The notes under the pieces: model-generated
Database searches by the model: none
The model's input: the letters and a program-made list of their open reading frames with translations, nothing else
Told to the model about the DNA's origin: nothing
In this document: piece by piece, positions 11,604-24,892 of the stretch
Layout: each line of letters begins with the position of its first letter
Position numbering within the stretch: the first letter of the stretch is position 1
Translations under genes and position numbers: made by a program
Assembly: GCA_951406725.2 (NCBI GenBank)
Contig: OX597820.1
Location: forward strand, 20,832,001 to 20,896,000
Length of the DNA stretch: 64,000 nt
Source of the DNA: Octopus vulgaris
Taxonomy: Eukaryota
Direction of reading: 5' to 3'

Positions 11604-12382
11604 CCGTAAATCCTCGAGTATAGTCCGCCCTTGAGTATAATATGCAGGGAATTTTTAGGGGGACGTACCTCTGAAAATCCTAAACCTTGTGTATAATATG
11701 CACCACTTCTCTAACTTGAGTTGTACTTAATTAAGCCAGCAGCACGTAGTCGAACAAACACTTCGCACATGCGTAATACAATAATGGTGATGTTCTTAAC
11801 TGTTATATGGGAATGTAAATATGTTTGCAAATTGTTTTTGTTACATGTTATTCTGTGTACTGAATACTTTTATTTAATTAAAGGTTTCTTACTGCAAGTT
11901 ATGGATGATTCTTTTTGACTTCATTGCTTTCAGGCTTAGCTTAAGGTATTTTCGCGCCCAACATCACAAAATGCATCTGAATAAACATTGCCAGACAGCA
12001 AATAGAGACTCGAACATTGCTTAGAAAATATTTTTCATTTTTAACGTCGTAGGGTACTGGAAGGTTTCTGGCTTTAAGGGTATTGTAAAAAGCCTGTTTG
12101 GAGGCCCAACCTTCTGAGTTCTTTTACAGGGCCTAGAAAACCTGAAGGAGCGGTGCGATAAGTGTATGAATTTGAGAGGGAATATGCTGCTATGGGTGGA
12201 ATCACAGGTTTCTCTTTTTTGCTTGATGGTTACATGAGATTGGACGACAGTGGAGCTGGTAAGCTCTAAAGAATTCTATTGCGCTTTGGTATATCTACTT
12301 TGTTTGAGTCATAAACACACAATAAGGATTTTAACCTTTAAATTTTGGGGGAAAAATGCAGATTATACTCGAGGATTTATGG
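11604..12382. mobile_element. TcMar (Tc2/pogo-like) MITE carrying a templated insertion
   Basis: TA-CCGTAAATCCTCGAGTATA...TATACTCGAGGATTTATGG-TA; sister copy 45069-45590 lacks the 12049-12320 insert. Confidence 0.8.
12183..12319 (+). pseudogene. Partial duplicate of FAM221A exon 3' end, donor site and intron start
   Basis: Matches 12735-12871 with about 7 substitutions counted by eye. Confidence 0.9.
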
Positions 12383-12597
12383 TACTCTCGCCTCACTTTG
12401 TATTTAAGAATTCTAGTTTGCCTTTTTTACATTTTTTCACATTTTATAAAAAAAAGGAATTTTATTTAAATTTTCATACTGTTCATAGTTACATCAATGG
12501 CACCCTCTCCATTTAAAAACGATCTTGTTAATGGCATAACATTTTATTAACATGATTTATTTATTCTCTATTTTTTAAATTCTCTTCTGCAAACTAG

Positions 12598-12810
12598 AAA
12601 CTTGTTGCAAGTGTTTTGGCTTTCAAAACTCTACAACTTGTGGTTGCGGCTATCCAATAAATATGCATCAAACAGTGATTGAAACGCAGAAGGAGAGAGA
12701 AGAAAGAGGCCACCCCATTGGGCAACCGACTCCTTATGCTGCTATGGGTGGAATCACAGGTTTCTCTTCTTTGCTTGATGGTTACATGAGATTGGACGAC
12801 AGTGGAATTG
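12598..12810 (+). CDS. FAM221A: FAM221A-like exon (CKCFGFQNSTTCGCG...PYAAMGGITGFSSLLDGYMRLDDSGIG)
   Basis: AG at 12596-12597, GTAAG at 12811; closely resembles conserved PYAAMGGLTGFSSL..GYMRLDDSGIG; phase 1 to 1. Confidence 0.92.
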
Positions 12811-12865
12811 GTAAGCACTAAAGAATTCTATTGCACTTTCGTATATCTACTTTGTTTGAGTCATA

Positions 12866-13003
12866 AATACATACATACATATATACATATGCACACATAC
12901 ATACATACATACATATGCACACATACATACATACATATGCACACATACATACATACATACATACATATGCACACATACATACATACATACATTCATGTAG
13001 ACA

Positions 13004-13037
<34 letters not shown>

Positions 13038-13452
13038 CACACATGCATGTAGACATATATACATATACATGCATGTACATGCAGGGTAAGGGTAAAGAAC
13101 CCCTTTGGTCATGACTGGCCATGGAATTGCACCAAGAAAGTTCCCTTCTGAGGCACAAGTCCGGCAAGGGTGTCTATGGAAGACCAGCAGTCGCCCATGA
13201 ATGCCAGCCCCCCCCCCACTCTCCACGCCACCGTTGTTATCCAAAGAAGGGCAAAGACTGATACAGCTTGGCACCAGTGATGTCGCCAACTCATTTCTGC
13301 AGCTGAGTGAAGTGGAATATCATGAAATAAAGTGTCTTGCTCAAGAACACAACACACAGCCCAGGCTGAGAATTGAACTCATTACCTCATGATTGTAAGC
13401 CCAACGCTCTAACCACTAAGCCATGTGCCTTCATACATACATACATTCATTC

Positions 13453-13485
<33 letters not shown>

Positions 13486-13672
13486 TACATACATACATAT
13501 ACACACACATACATGCATACATTCATACATACACACATACATACATACATACACACATACATACATACATACACATACATACATACATACACACACATAC
13601 ATACATACACACACATGCATACATACATACACACATGCATACATATACACACACGCATACATACATACATAC
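12866..13672. repeat. (CATA/CA)n microsatellite field interrupted by SINE D (13090-13432)
   Basis: Direct inspection. Confidence 0.9.
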
Positions 13673-14638
13673 ATCAAAACTTCCAGGCTTCCTGAAATTC
13701 ACCAACAGTACACCTGACGCTCCCACCCCACCCCCGTTTCTTTTTCTTCCTTTCTGTCTTTCTTTCTTTCTTTTTTGTTTAGACTTTTTTCACTGTCCAC
13801 TTCCTGTGCACATTCTATGTTCTGTCCATGCAGTTTTGGTTACTTTCTTTGAGGAGTTGCAGTGCACCTGAGCACTGTATACAACAAGATCATTATTATT
13901 ATATTATATTATACATGCATACATACATGTGAAGGCACGTGGCCTGGTGGTTAGGTAGTTGCACTCACAATTGCTAGATCGTGGGTTCTATTCCCTGACT
14001 GGATGGCGTATTGTATTCTTGAACAAAACACTTCATTTCCTGTTGCTCCAGTCTCCTTTTGACCGGTGGATGGTGGGGTACGATGGCCTTCTCGCCTAAC
14101 CAGTAGGATGGCATCATTCGAAGGCTAAAACATGCAAAAACGCATTGTGACCAGTGATGTGTAAAGCCATTTGATAGCCTGGTCAGTTATGCAATCACAT
14201 ACATTTGTCTTTCATCTTTCAGAGGTCAATAAAATAAGTACCAGCTGAGCATTGGGGTCAATGTAACCAACTTACTCACTTTCCCGAACTTGTTGGCCAT
14301 TAGTGCCAAAATTTTGAACCAATTACATATAAGGTGCATCTGGAGGGAAAGGTGGGCTGGATCTGGGAAAGAGCTGTGAAAACATTTTGTTATCAAGAAA
14401 TACATTTCAAAAAGTGAAAGTGGCCTGAATCTAGAGTCATGTGTATATGAAATAAATTCTGAAAACTGAGTGGCATTCTAATGAGGTGGGCAGAGTTTCT
14501 AAAACTGGATGGAATGTTAAAGTTGCAATTGTGAGCAGTGCTATGATTTATAGAAGAAAACATAATCATTTGATATGTATTTCTTATAGAATTCTGCCAT
14601 TCTTCAAGCCTTTTCTCTAGCATTTTATTGATGCATCC

Positions 14639-15626
14639 TTAACCCTTTTGAGACCAGCCCGGCTGAAACCACCTCTGGCACTGTAGTAAAAATGCCTTGT
14701 TTTCATAAGTTTTGAATTAAAATCTTCCACCAAACCTTAGTCACAATTTATGCTCCTAACACTAGCTTAATGATAATGAAGTTATTTTACTAAATTCTTT
14801 GTTATATTTAAAATTAATTGAAAGAAACACAGAGCATCTCAACAGAAATATGGTAAAAGAAGGGTTAAAATATATAATAGAGAAACAATTCTTAACCCTT
14901 TTGATACCAACCCTGCTGAAACCAGCTCTGGCTCTGTAGTAAAAACGTCTTGTTTTCAAAAGTTCTGAATTAAAATCTTCCACCAAAATATTAGTCACAA
15001 TTTATGTTCCCAACACTAGCTGAATGATAATTAAGTTATTTTACTGAATTCTTTGTTATATTTAAAATTTATTGAAAGAAACACAGAGCATCTCAACAGA
15101 AATATGGTAACAAAAGGGTTAAAATATATAATAGAGAAACAATTCTTAACCCTTTTGATACTAACCCAGCTGAAACCACCTCTGGCTCTAAGTACAAATG
15201 TCTTGTTTTCAAAAGTTCTGAATTAAAATCTTCCACCAAACCTTAGTCACAATTTGTGTTCCTAACACTAGCTTAATGATAACAAAGTTATTTTACTAAT
15301 TTCTTTGTTATATTTAAAATTGATTGAAAGAAACACAGAGCATCTCAAAATAAATACAGTAACAAAAGGGTTAAAATATATAATAGAGAAACAATTCTTA
15401 ACTCTTGATACCAACCCGGCTGAAACCAGCTCTGGCTCTGTAGTAAAAATGTCTTGTTTTCAAAAGTTCTGAATTAAAATCTTCCACCAAAATATTAGTC
15501 ACAATTTATGTTCCTAACACTAGCTGAATGATAACTATGTTATTTTACTAATTTCTTTGTTATATTTAAAATTAATTGAAAGAAACCCAGAGCATCTCAA
15601 CAGAAATATGGTAACAAAAGGGTTAA
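14639..15626. repeat. Tandem array of 4 piggyBac-like MITEs (family P2), period about 253 bp
   Basis: Units at 14639, 14892, 15146, 15398, each TTAACCC...GGGTTAA (fourth starts TTAACTC), separated by the identical spacer aatatataatagagaaacaattc; solo copy at 43371-43600. Confidence 0.9.
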
Positions 15627-16007
15627 CATGTATCATAATGATTATGAATTTGTGTAAGCTGATATAGTAATGATAAAAAAGGACAGTGCCCCTCTCAGTG
15701 TTATATAGGCTCATGAGGCTGGTTTCCTAGTTTCTGTGGTATATATATTCCTGCTGGAGAGGGAACCAATCATTTGTAAAATTACTCATTTTTGCCACTG
15801 AGTGGACAAGAGCAACATGTAAAGAAGTGTCTTGCTCAGGAACACAACTCATTGCCCGGACGATGAATCGAAACAACAATCTTATGATCATGAGTTCAAC
15901 ACCCTTACCACTATGCCATGCACTTTCACAGGTGATAACTTAAATAAGAACACAAAGAACTGAAATTCTTCGTGACTCGAAAATAACTTTGTATTTCTTT
16001 GTTACAG

Positions 16008-16103
16008 GAGCTCCATGTGAAGAAATTTTGTCTCAACCTATTGTATCATCTGATGACCCCTTCCTCCGATCTCAGCTTAGTTCTTTAAAAACCCTTGGTT
16101 CTG
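16008..16103 (+). CDS. FAM221A: FAM221A-like exon (APCEEILSQPIVSSDDPFLRSQLSSLKTLGS)
   Basis: ttacAG at 16006-16007, GTAAG at 16104; aligns by eye to P..E.L..PI...D.PFL; phase 1 to 1. Confidence 0.85.
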
Positions 16104-16579
16104 GTAAGCCTTCTTTCTAAACATTACTCTTAAATTCTTGTAAAAATACAAAGCTGTTGCAAAGTGTAAATTGATCATATACATGGTGTATGAATCAGCC
16201 ATTATTACAATACTTCCACTAAGAAGGTTGATGTAATCCAGTGTACCCTCCCCACAAGTTTCTGGCCTTATACTATTCATCATCATCATTTAACATCCAT
16301 TTTGCTATGCTTGCATAGATCAGACGAATTTGTTGAGATAGAATTTCTATGGCTGGATACCTCCCTTATCCCCAACCATCACTCAGATTTTCTATGGCTG
16401 GATTGGACACTGACAGGTTGTCACCACTGTGACTGAGGAGTCCTATCTAACCCAGCTTTAAATCAGAGTGTTCTTCTACTAGACAGACTGCCAATCAAGG
16501 CTCACGAGTTCTGTCCACCCTCTGCTGGGTTTTACTTTTAATACTGCAGGGTGTCAAGTATTCACCCTCCTCACCAAGC

Positions 16580-16978
16580 AAGCTTCGTGAGGTTGCTGAT
16601 TTAGTAACCGATGACTCATCGGTTTCACAAATAAGGTTTGTTTAAGGATGTTGAACGAACCACCCATGTTTCCAAAGGTGAATTATCCAAACCTCTAAGA
16701 ATTCCTTTCAACATATGGTTATGATGCTCCCCCACTACTTCTACTCATGATCAGATATATCGTCAGCCACTAAGGGACATGCTCAACTGGTTACGGTCAA
16801 ACAACCGACAAGCAATTCTGTGGTATTGAGCAGAATATTTGCTGTAGCCCATCTTTTATACCAAGACAAAACAATGTGCATGATAACACTTCCAATCAGT
16901 TGAGATCAGGAGCCATGAGAGCCACTGCCTGGTACTGCATCAGAGCATTTATTATTATTATTATTATTTATTATTATT
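16580..16978 (+). mobile_element. Unclassified retroelement 3' end with (ATT)n tail
   Basis: GC-richer non-coding segment ending in (ATT)n; no second copy seen in window. Confidence 0.4.
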
Positions 16979-17034
16979 ACCCTTGTGGAAAATAAATGAA
17001 ATCATTATTATTATTATTATTATTATTAAATTAG

Positions 17035-17129
17035 GTCTTTCACCAAAAGAGGTAGAAGTGCTTGAATCTTCTCTTCGGCGACCAGGAGAAAAAGATATGG
17101 AATATTTTGAACGCCGGTATCAGGAACGA
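17035..17129 (+). CDS. FAM221A: FAM221A-like exon (LSPKEVEVLESSLRRPGEKDMEYFERRYQER)
   Basis: AG at 17033-17034, GTAAG at 17130; resembles SSLRRPEEDDMAFFERRYQER; phase 1 to 0. Confidence 0.9.
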
Positions 17130-17936
17130 GTAAGAAAAACATTAGCAATATTATTAACCCTGCCCACTCTCCTTTTATTCTGTTTCCAAGAAACTGTATC
17201 AATAGATATGTATATGATATGATATATATGCATAATGTAATATATATGTATAACATCATTGCCTCACTGTGTCAACCAGACCAGAAAATATGTATATATC
17301 GTATGCTTCTGTCACTTGAGAAACAATATCATGTGTTAAAATGCCACCAATCAAAAACTAGTACAAACTTTTCCTCCGACCCACATATATATATTCTTAC
17401 TCTTTACTCTTTTACTTGTTTCAGTCATTTGACTGCGGCCATGCTGGAGCACCGCCTTTAGATATCTTCGAACTGAGATCTGCTCAATCAGGGCTGATCA
17501 AGGGCTAAATAGAGGCATAAGACAAGATTTACAGAATAATTTTATCATCAGATACTGGCATGACTATGTGGTTAAGAAGCTTGATTTGTTACCATGTGGT
17601 TTTAAGTTCAGTCCCACTACATGGCACCTTGGGCGATTGTCTTCTATGGTAGCCCTGTGTCAACCAATGCTTTGTGAGAGAATTTGGTAGCTGGAAAGCC
17701 TTCAAGGCAGTGCCCCAGCATAGACATTGTTCCATGATGGAAACAAGTAAAAAAAAAAAGTTAAAATATTAACACTCTCTTCAAATATTAATTGTAATAA
17801 AAATAAAAAATAAAAAATATTTTTTTAAGAAGATATCATATTAAAAACTTTTATGGCTTTTTTCAAATATTTTTTTTTTTTTTTCTGTAAAGTAGATTAT
17901 TGTCATTTTGAAATTGTCAATTTTCATTAATTTCAG

Positions 17937-18032
17937 CTTAAAGAGAAGAATACTGCTCTGCCAAATCTTGCACTGCCAAGTACTTCACAAGATACTTCGA
18001 AAAAGTATAAAAGAGCTACTTCAAATAAATAA
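17937..18032 (+). CDS. FAM221A: FAM221A-like last coding exon (LKEKNTALPNLALPSTSQDTSKKYKRATSNK*)
   Basis: tttcAG at 17935-17936; phase 0; open to TAA 18030-18032. Confidence 0.75.
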   Translation, partial: LKEKNTALPNLALPSTSQDTSKKYKRATSNK

Positions 18033-18086
18033 AATCCTCGATTGTATTACACTGCATAAATTCCTATGAATTCTACATTCTTTGTA

Positions 18087-18092
18087 AATAAA
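18087..18092 (+). terminator. Candidate polyadenylation signal of FAM221A-like gene
   Basis: First AATAAA fully downstream of the stop; other AATAAA hexamers follow, so the site used is uncertain. Confidence 0.35.
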
Positions 18093-18608
18093 ATCTGAAC
18101 AACTCCCATGGTCCTATGCTGCCATACTAAGAGAAAACAGTTTTATGCCAAGATTAAAAATTTTTAAAGACTTAAGTTCATTTTGTTGCTGGAAATTTTA
18201 AAACCAAATAGAGTTGCTTCTGCTTAATTACTTACTGGATAATTTCATAACCTGGTTAATTGCATCACTTCTGAGTCTCAAATCTTTATAAAATTTGTCA
18301 ATTAAATGCATATGCAAATTCATCAACTTTGCTTAATTGCATAATCTGGTCTGTAACTTTTAGTAAAAATTGACAAAATCTAACATAAGACTGAACATTT
18401 TGATTTGGTATAAATGAAAGTCATTTTGGAATCTTCCAATTCCATAATGAGTTCAAATCACACCAACACTTCGTGCTTGAAATCTGCTGGTGCCAAGAGA
18501 ATCAAATGTATTCAAATTATCTTTACCAATTCAATAAATTTAATACAATCAATGTTCAGATTCTGTTGCGTTTTCTTTATCATGTCATAAATTTTTCTGA
18601 TAAATAAA

Positions 18609-19012
18609 TCATCATCATCATCATCATCGTTTAACATCAGCTTTCCTTGCTAGCATGGGTTGGACGATTTGACTGAGGACTGGCGAACCAGATGGCTGCA
18701 CCAAGCTCCAATCTGATCTGGCAGAGTTTCTACAGCTGGATGCCCTTCGTAACGCCAACCACTCCGACAGTGTAGTGGGTGCTTTTAAAGTGCCACCGGC
18801 ACGAGGGCCAGTCTGGTGGTACTGGCAACGGCCACGCTCAAAAATGGTGTTTTTTATGTGCCAGCTGCACACGAGTCAGTACAGCAGCACTGGCAACGAC
18901 CTCACTCGAATGTTTTGTTCATGTGCCACCAGCACAAGTGCCAGTGAGGTGACGCGGACAACGATCACGCTCAAATGGTGCTCTTTATGTGCCAGACAGC
19001 TGCTCTGGCAGT
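18609..19012 (-). mobile_element. Family E (RTE 3' UTR) repeat
   Basis: (CAT)n then cgtttaac...gcatgggttggacg...; other copies near 35375, 37220, 42511, 53225, 55385, 60832, 62810. Confidence 0.75.
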
Positions 19013-20053
19013 GATCCCACTTGGATTTTGAAAACATAATTTTGAATCAGTCAAGGAATATATGATATTTTGCTGGAGTATGGAGAGAACTTGTGCAGTG
19101 TATTGTCCATTGAATGCACGAGAACATGTTAAAGATAAGTGCACATAGCTATATTCCATTCAATGCTGCTTGGTGCAAGTGTAATAAATCTATTTCAGCT
19201 TGACAAAGCTTCCTACACATCAGCAAACATACTATTTGTTAAAGTGACAGTATGTTGTCAACTTAACGTGACAGTCTCATGAAAGGGAAGAATGCTACTG
19301 TTATTTAACCCTAGGAAACATTAAGTTGACAACATGCTATCACTTTATCATGCTGCTACAGCATAAATCTCTCAGAGAGATTTAGCAATGTATTATTTCT
19401 ATTTTCATACTATTTGCTGTTCTAATATTAGAGCAATGAGCTCATAATGTCCTTGAATAATAGCTTAGTATGCATAGCTGATCAAGTGCAACAATGCAGA
19501 AATGCATGTTTCCTATTAGGCACAGGAGGGGCTGTGTGGTAAATAGCTTGCTTACCAACCACATGGTTCCGGGTTCATTCCCACTGCGTGGCACCTATAC
19601 AAACCATATAGTACCCCAATACATAAGAGTGTAATGTAGTGTCCTGTGCAGTAGAAATCCAGTAAATTCCAACTAGTGAAGATTATTTCATGAAGCATAT
19701 AAAGAATATAAAGAAAGTCAGGAGAAATGAGTTGAATATATTTATTGTACCATTCGATAACCCTAGGATGACTGCTGTTTTTTGTATATGTATACTGGAG
19801 TTACAAAATTGATGTAACCATGTTATTCTGGTGATCTGAAGAGCTAGCCTTCTCTACCTGCATTTGTCTGTAAAATATATGATAACACTATGCAATTTAT
19901 AGCATACACACTAATGTAGACATGTAAAATAATTTATTATACACTAAAATAAATTATTTTTGTATGATGCTGATGATGAAATGGCAGTCATCTATGGATA
20001 TCAACTGGTGAAATAAATATATTCATCACATACCTCCCAACTTTCTTTATATT

Positions 20054-20100
<47 letters not shown>

Positions 20101-20101
<1 letters not shown>

Positions 20102-20370
20102 ATGTATTTATATTATATAGAGGGCATTACTATACATAAATGCCACATGCTAGGAGGGACTCTTAAAGTCAAAACTACCAAAATAAATAAACACATCATA
20201 CCAAATGTAACTCTCAAAGCAAGTCATTTATTGTTTTTAAATGACTTGCTTCCAGAGTTGCATTCAGTATGATGTGTTTATTTATTTTGGTAGTTTTGAC
20301 TTTAAGAGTCCCTCCTAGCATGTGGCATTTATGTATAGTGATGTCCTCTATATAATATAAATAAATACAT
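20101..20370. repeat. Long near-perfect palindrome (about 125-bp arms) in (TA)n context
   Basis: ...catgctagggagggactcttaaagtcaaaactacc... versus ...ggtagttttgactttaagagtccctcctagcatg...; centre near 20232. Confidence 0.85.
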
Positions 20371-22020
20371 TTAAGTGAAAAAATTGGTGGATTTTTTCTC
20401 TTATGAATTTTTTCATGCTAACTATTTGATAAATTCTTATAAAGATTTTATCCTATTTTTAAATTATATATATATATATAAATATATATATGATGGGCTT
20501 CTTTCAGTTTTTATGTACCGTATCCACTCACAAGGCTTTGTTTAGCCCAGGGCTATTAGAAGGCATGTGCCCAAGGTGTCATGCAATGCAACTGAAGTTG
20601 AAACCCTGTGGGTTGGAAGCAAACATGTTAGTCACACAGCCATCATATATAAATAAAAGATACCCCAGCACCACCATGTGGCTGAACACATTTGGTATAG
20701 GAATGAAACTCAAGAAACACAATGTTTTGGTTGCATATATGTCCTGTATTGTGGAGGCGCAATGGCCCAGTGGTTAGGGCAGCGGACTCGCAGTCGGAGG
20801 ATTGCGGTTTCAATTCCCAGACCGGGCGTTGCGTGTGTTTAGTTTATTGAGTGAAAACACCTAAAGCTCCATGAGGCTCCGGCAGGGGGTGGTGGTGACC
20901 CCTGTTGTACTCTTTTGCCCCAACTTTCTCTCACTCTCTGTTCCTGTTTCTTGAGTAATGCTGCAATGGACTGGCATCCCATTCAGCTGGTGGGAACACA
21001 TATGCTAAAGAAACCGGGAAACCGGGCCAATGAGCCTGGCTAGGCTTGAAAAGGGCACATAAAAATAAATAAATAATACATCCTGTATTATGAAGACAAG
21101 AAACTATATCATAATTATATTCTATCAGTATTCAAATAAATTTCCTTTATTCACAAGTTTACCTTACCCTTTAGTATTTAAACTGTCCAAATCCAGCCTC
21201 TTATACCTATCCTACAATGTCATTTTAAAAATAAACACTCACATCATCAAAATCTTGGAGCTATAATTCCAAACAATGTGAATAAATAAACGTTACAAAT
21301 AACAGAGCAATCTGAATGCTGAAGAGTTAATCTTGGACTTGGCACTTTGATTTTGAAAATGGCAATATAAATTCTTAAAAAATTTGTTTTACATAAACAG
21401 GAAATTGCAATGAAACAGACTCTAACAAAAAGACAATTCAATAACATTTAAGTAAACATTTTTATTATGAAAAGAATATTCAAGACATATTAGGCAGATC
21501 TTACTGATTCATGTTTGAGACTTTTAGTTCCCCAGTCACCACAAAAAAAAAAAGAAAAAAAAAACAATCTTAAAAATAATATTTACAAACATTTTTTTTT
21601 TCTGTACAGTTTTGCGATTTGATAATTGCTGACCTTAGAATGCATAATATACAACTTGTACTTTAATTAAATTTTAAACCTTCAACATTTAAACTGGCCA
21701 TATCCAGCAAAAGTATCCTACCTGTTTTATGTTCAAACTAGCAAGATCTCTCACCCCTAACCTACAAATGTCGTTTTAAATCATTGAAATGTTAAAGCTA
21801 CAAGATAATGCATGATTAATTCAGACAATGTGAAGGCATTACATTTGATTAAGTAATCTGAATACTAAATGGATCAATGCTTATTACTGAAAGACATTTT
21901 CAGAAAGTGCACTACAGAAGTTGAATTATAATTTACTATAACTTAAACAGATTAAGAAAGCTGTCATAAACAGTCATGTTATATATATATATATCCACAT
22001 ATATATATATACATATATAT

Positions 22021-22148
22021 ATATCTGTATTATAATATGTGACAATTATTTGGTTGTAACCGAATCGTCACAAATTATATTACAGATAAATTCCTCTATT
22101 TACATAATATCGAGGTCTCTTTCATTCATTTGTTGTCTTACTATTTCT

Positions 22149-22205
<57 letters not shown>

Positions 22206-22334
22206 CTGTATTATAATATGTGACAATTATTCGGTTGTAACCGAATCGTCACAAATTATATTACAGATAAATTCCTGTATTTACATAATATCGAGGTCTC
22301 TTTCATTCATTTGTTGTCTTACTATTTCTATCAA
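22021..22334. repeat. Tandem duplication of an about 130-bp unit separated by (TA)n
   Basis: 22021-22152 is nearly identical to 22201-22333. Confidence 0.85.
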
Positions 22335-22732
22335 TATATATATATATATATATAAATTAATCAAAGGACATAGTAAGTATGTCTACCTGCTTGAAATAAC
22401 AGTCAAAACTCTTATTAAATCGCCAAAAATAAACTGATGATAACTACAGAAATCAAACAAAAGCAAAATCAGGTTAAGACAATCTACTAACATACATTTA
22501 AGTATCTGGATTCACGTGGACCGGTTTCTGCACTGGCAAAATAAGCCTTAGCTTCATCAGCACGCATTACCATGATTAGAGATTCCTAACCCATCGTTTT
22601 GAAGTCTGTGCTGCAACTGATTCGTTTGGCACTGAAATCACAGCAGCCACCAGTCTAAAAATAATCTCGATACAATTTATGAGAAAAATAATTCATGAAA
22701 AGTTAATTAATGACACCTTTGCAAATTAATAT

Positions 22733-22766
<34 letters not shown>

Positions 22767-23076
22767 TAGAAAAAAAACACCTTTTATCAATTCAAAATGA
22801 ACAATTAAATAACACCATCTAGAAAATTACATAAAATAGGAATATAAAAAATAAAATAACAATAATATACCAATGATTAAGTAAATTGCAAAATAATAAT
22901 AAAAATGTATATACATTTTTATTATTTATAAAAGGTGTTTTTTTATTATTGATAGAAGGTGTTTTTTTCTAATTTTTATATATATATTATATTTTTTGAA
23001 ATTTGATTTAGTATTTCTAAATTGAATTTTCTCCTGTAAGTTAGGAATAATATTCCCTCAAATTATTATTATTATC

Positions 23077-23121
<45 letters not shown>

Positions 23122-23751
23122 CAATAAACAATGTTTTCATTGTATCCAAAACTACCACCATAATCTTTCAGGGAAAAATAACTTTACATAAGCTAATATT
23201 AATCTTTTAGCCTAATATTAGTCATAAGTTAATATTAACCAATGAATTTTCTTTTTAAGCATTTCCTCCAAGTATTTTTGACAATGATGAAGTATTTAGC
23301 AGAATAACTCTAATTATCAGGGTGCTGTTTAGAACATGAAATTTTGATGGAGGTTTTTAATTGGGATAATTTTAAAACAGGCTATTTGTATATCATAGAA
23401 GTAAGGATAGTCTTGGACAAGTTGGTATCAAAAAGGCTGAAGATATTTTCTTATCACATATTTGCTAAACAATTGTTGAAAAGAAAAAAAATTAAATATT
23501 CAGACAGAGTGTGCAAGTAAATTAGAATTATTATTTTTATTTATTTACTTTTCGTTTTGTTTAATAAATAATTTTAAATGGCGGTGCCCCAGCATGGCCA
23601 CAGCTCATGAGCTGAAACTTGATGAAATAAAAAAATTTTAAAACGTAATGTGTTTTTTCTTTTTGCATTTTCTTTTCTCCTCTTATTGTTTTACCCTTCA
23701 AAAACTGCAATTATTGGAAAAATTTGATTTAAATAAAACTTCTCCAATGAT

Positions 23752-24172
23752 GCAAGAGTGGCTGTGTGGTAAGTAGCTTGCTTACCAACCACATGGTTCT
23801 GGGTTCAGTCCCACTGCGTGGTACCTTGGGCAAGCATCTTGTACAATAGCCTCTGGCCGACCAAAGCCTTGTGAGAGGATTTGGTAGATGTAAACTGAAA
23901 GAAGCCCGTCGTATATATATGTATATATATATATGTATGTATCTGTGTGTGTATATGCTTGTGTGTCTGTGTTTGTCCCCCCAACATTGCTTGACAACCG
24001 ATGCTGGTGTGTTTACATCTCCGTAACTTAGTAGTTCGGCAAAAGAATAAGTACTAGGATAAGTACTAGGCTTACAAAGGATAAGTCCTGGGGTCGATTT
24101 GCTCGACTAAAGGTGGTACTCCAGCATGGCCACAGTCAAATGACTGAAACAAGTAAAAGAGGAAAAAGAGTA
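23752..24172 (+). mobile_element. SINE family A
   Basis: Full head-microsatellite-tail structure. Confidence 0.85.
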
Positions 24173-24892
24173 AATGTTTCTAAACAGTTATATCTAGTTA
24201 GCATCTTGTTTTTATATATATATATATATATATATAATTCATAAGTTTTGACATCTAAATATTAAATCCACCTCAGATCATTTAGAATATTGTTTGAACA
24301 ACTTGTGAGAAAAATGAACACAGTGGAAATGGAGAAATGTTCATGGCAAACCGTATCTTATAAGTGGAATAACAGTTTGATGAAATTCTACAACGGGCAC
24401 AGGGACACACGCACAGATAGCTGTAGTCCAATGAAGGAAACAACTAAAAGGTAAAAATGTAATAACAGAAAGGTGAAAAGAAAACCTAATTACAAATTAT
24501 TGGTAGCATTTATTAATCCTGGATTGTCAGAGGCTTTGTAAGAAAGGAAGACATAGAAAGAGATGAAGTATTGTACCTTCTAAAATTTACAGAATCTATT
24601 TGCTTGATTTTAAAAGAGGCAAAAAAAAAATTCATATTAACTAGCATGGGTGGCAAAACCAGATGGATACAGGAAATATTGGCATAGTATACTGTATTTG
24701 ATAGCATATAAGATGCATTTCCCAAATCAATGTCTCATAAAAATCAACCCAACCCCTATATACAAAGTTGCTTTAAACACTAGATGCTTTGATGCAGTAA
24801 AATATTTTTTGTGCTGCTGAAATTGAGGTGCCATCTTTTATGCCATATGATATGATGTATAAAGAGTGTTATGGCTTATTAGAGGATTATAT

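Noticed and set aside
14639-15626. CRISPR-like repeat-spacer appearance
   Set aside because: Units are about 230 bp, spacers are identical, context is eukaryotic and no cas genes are present
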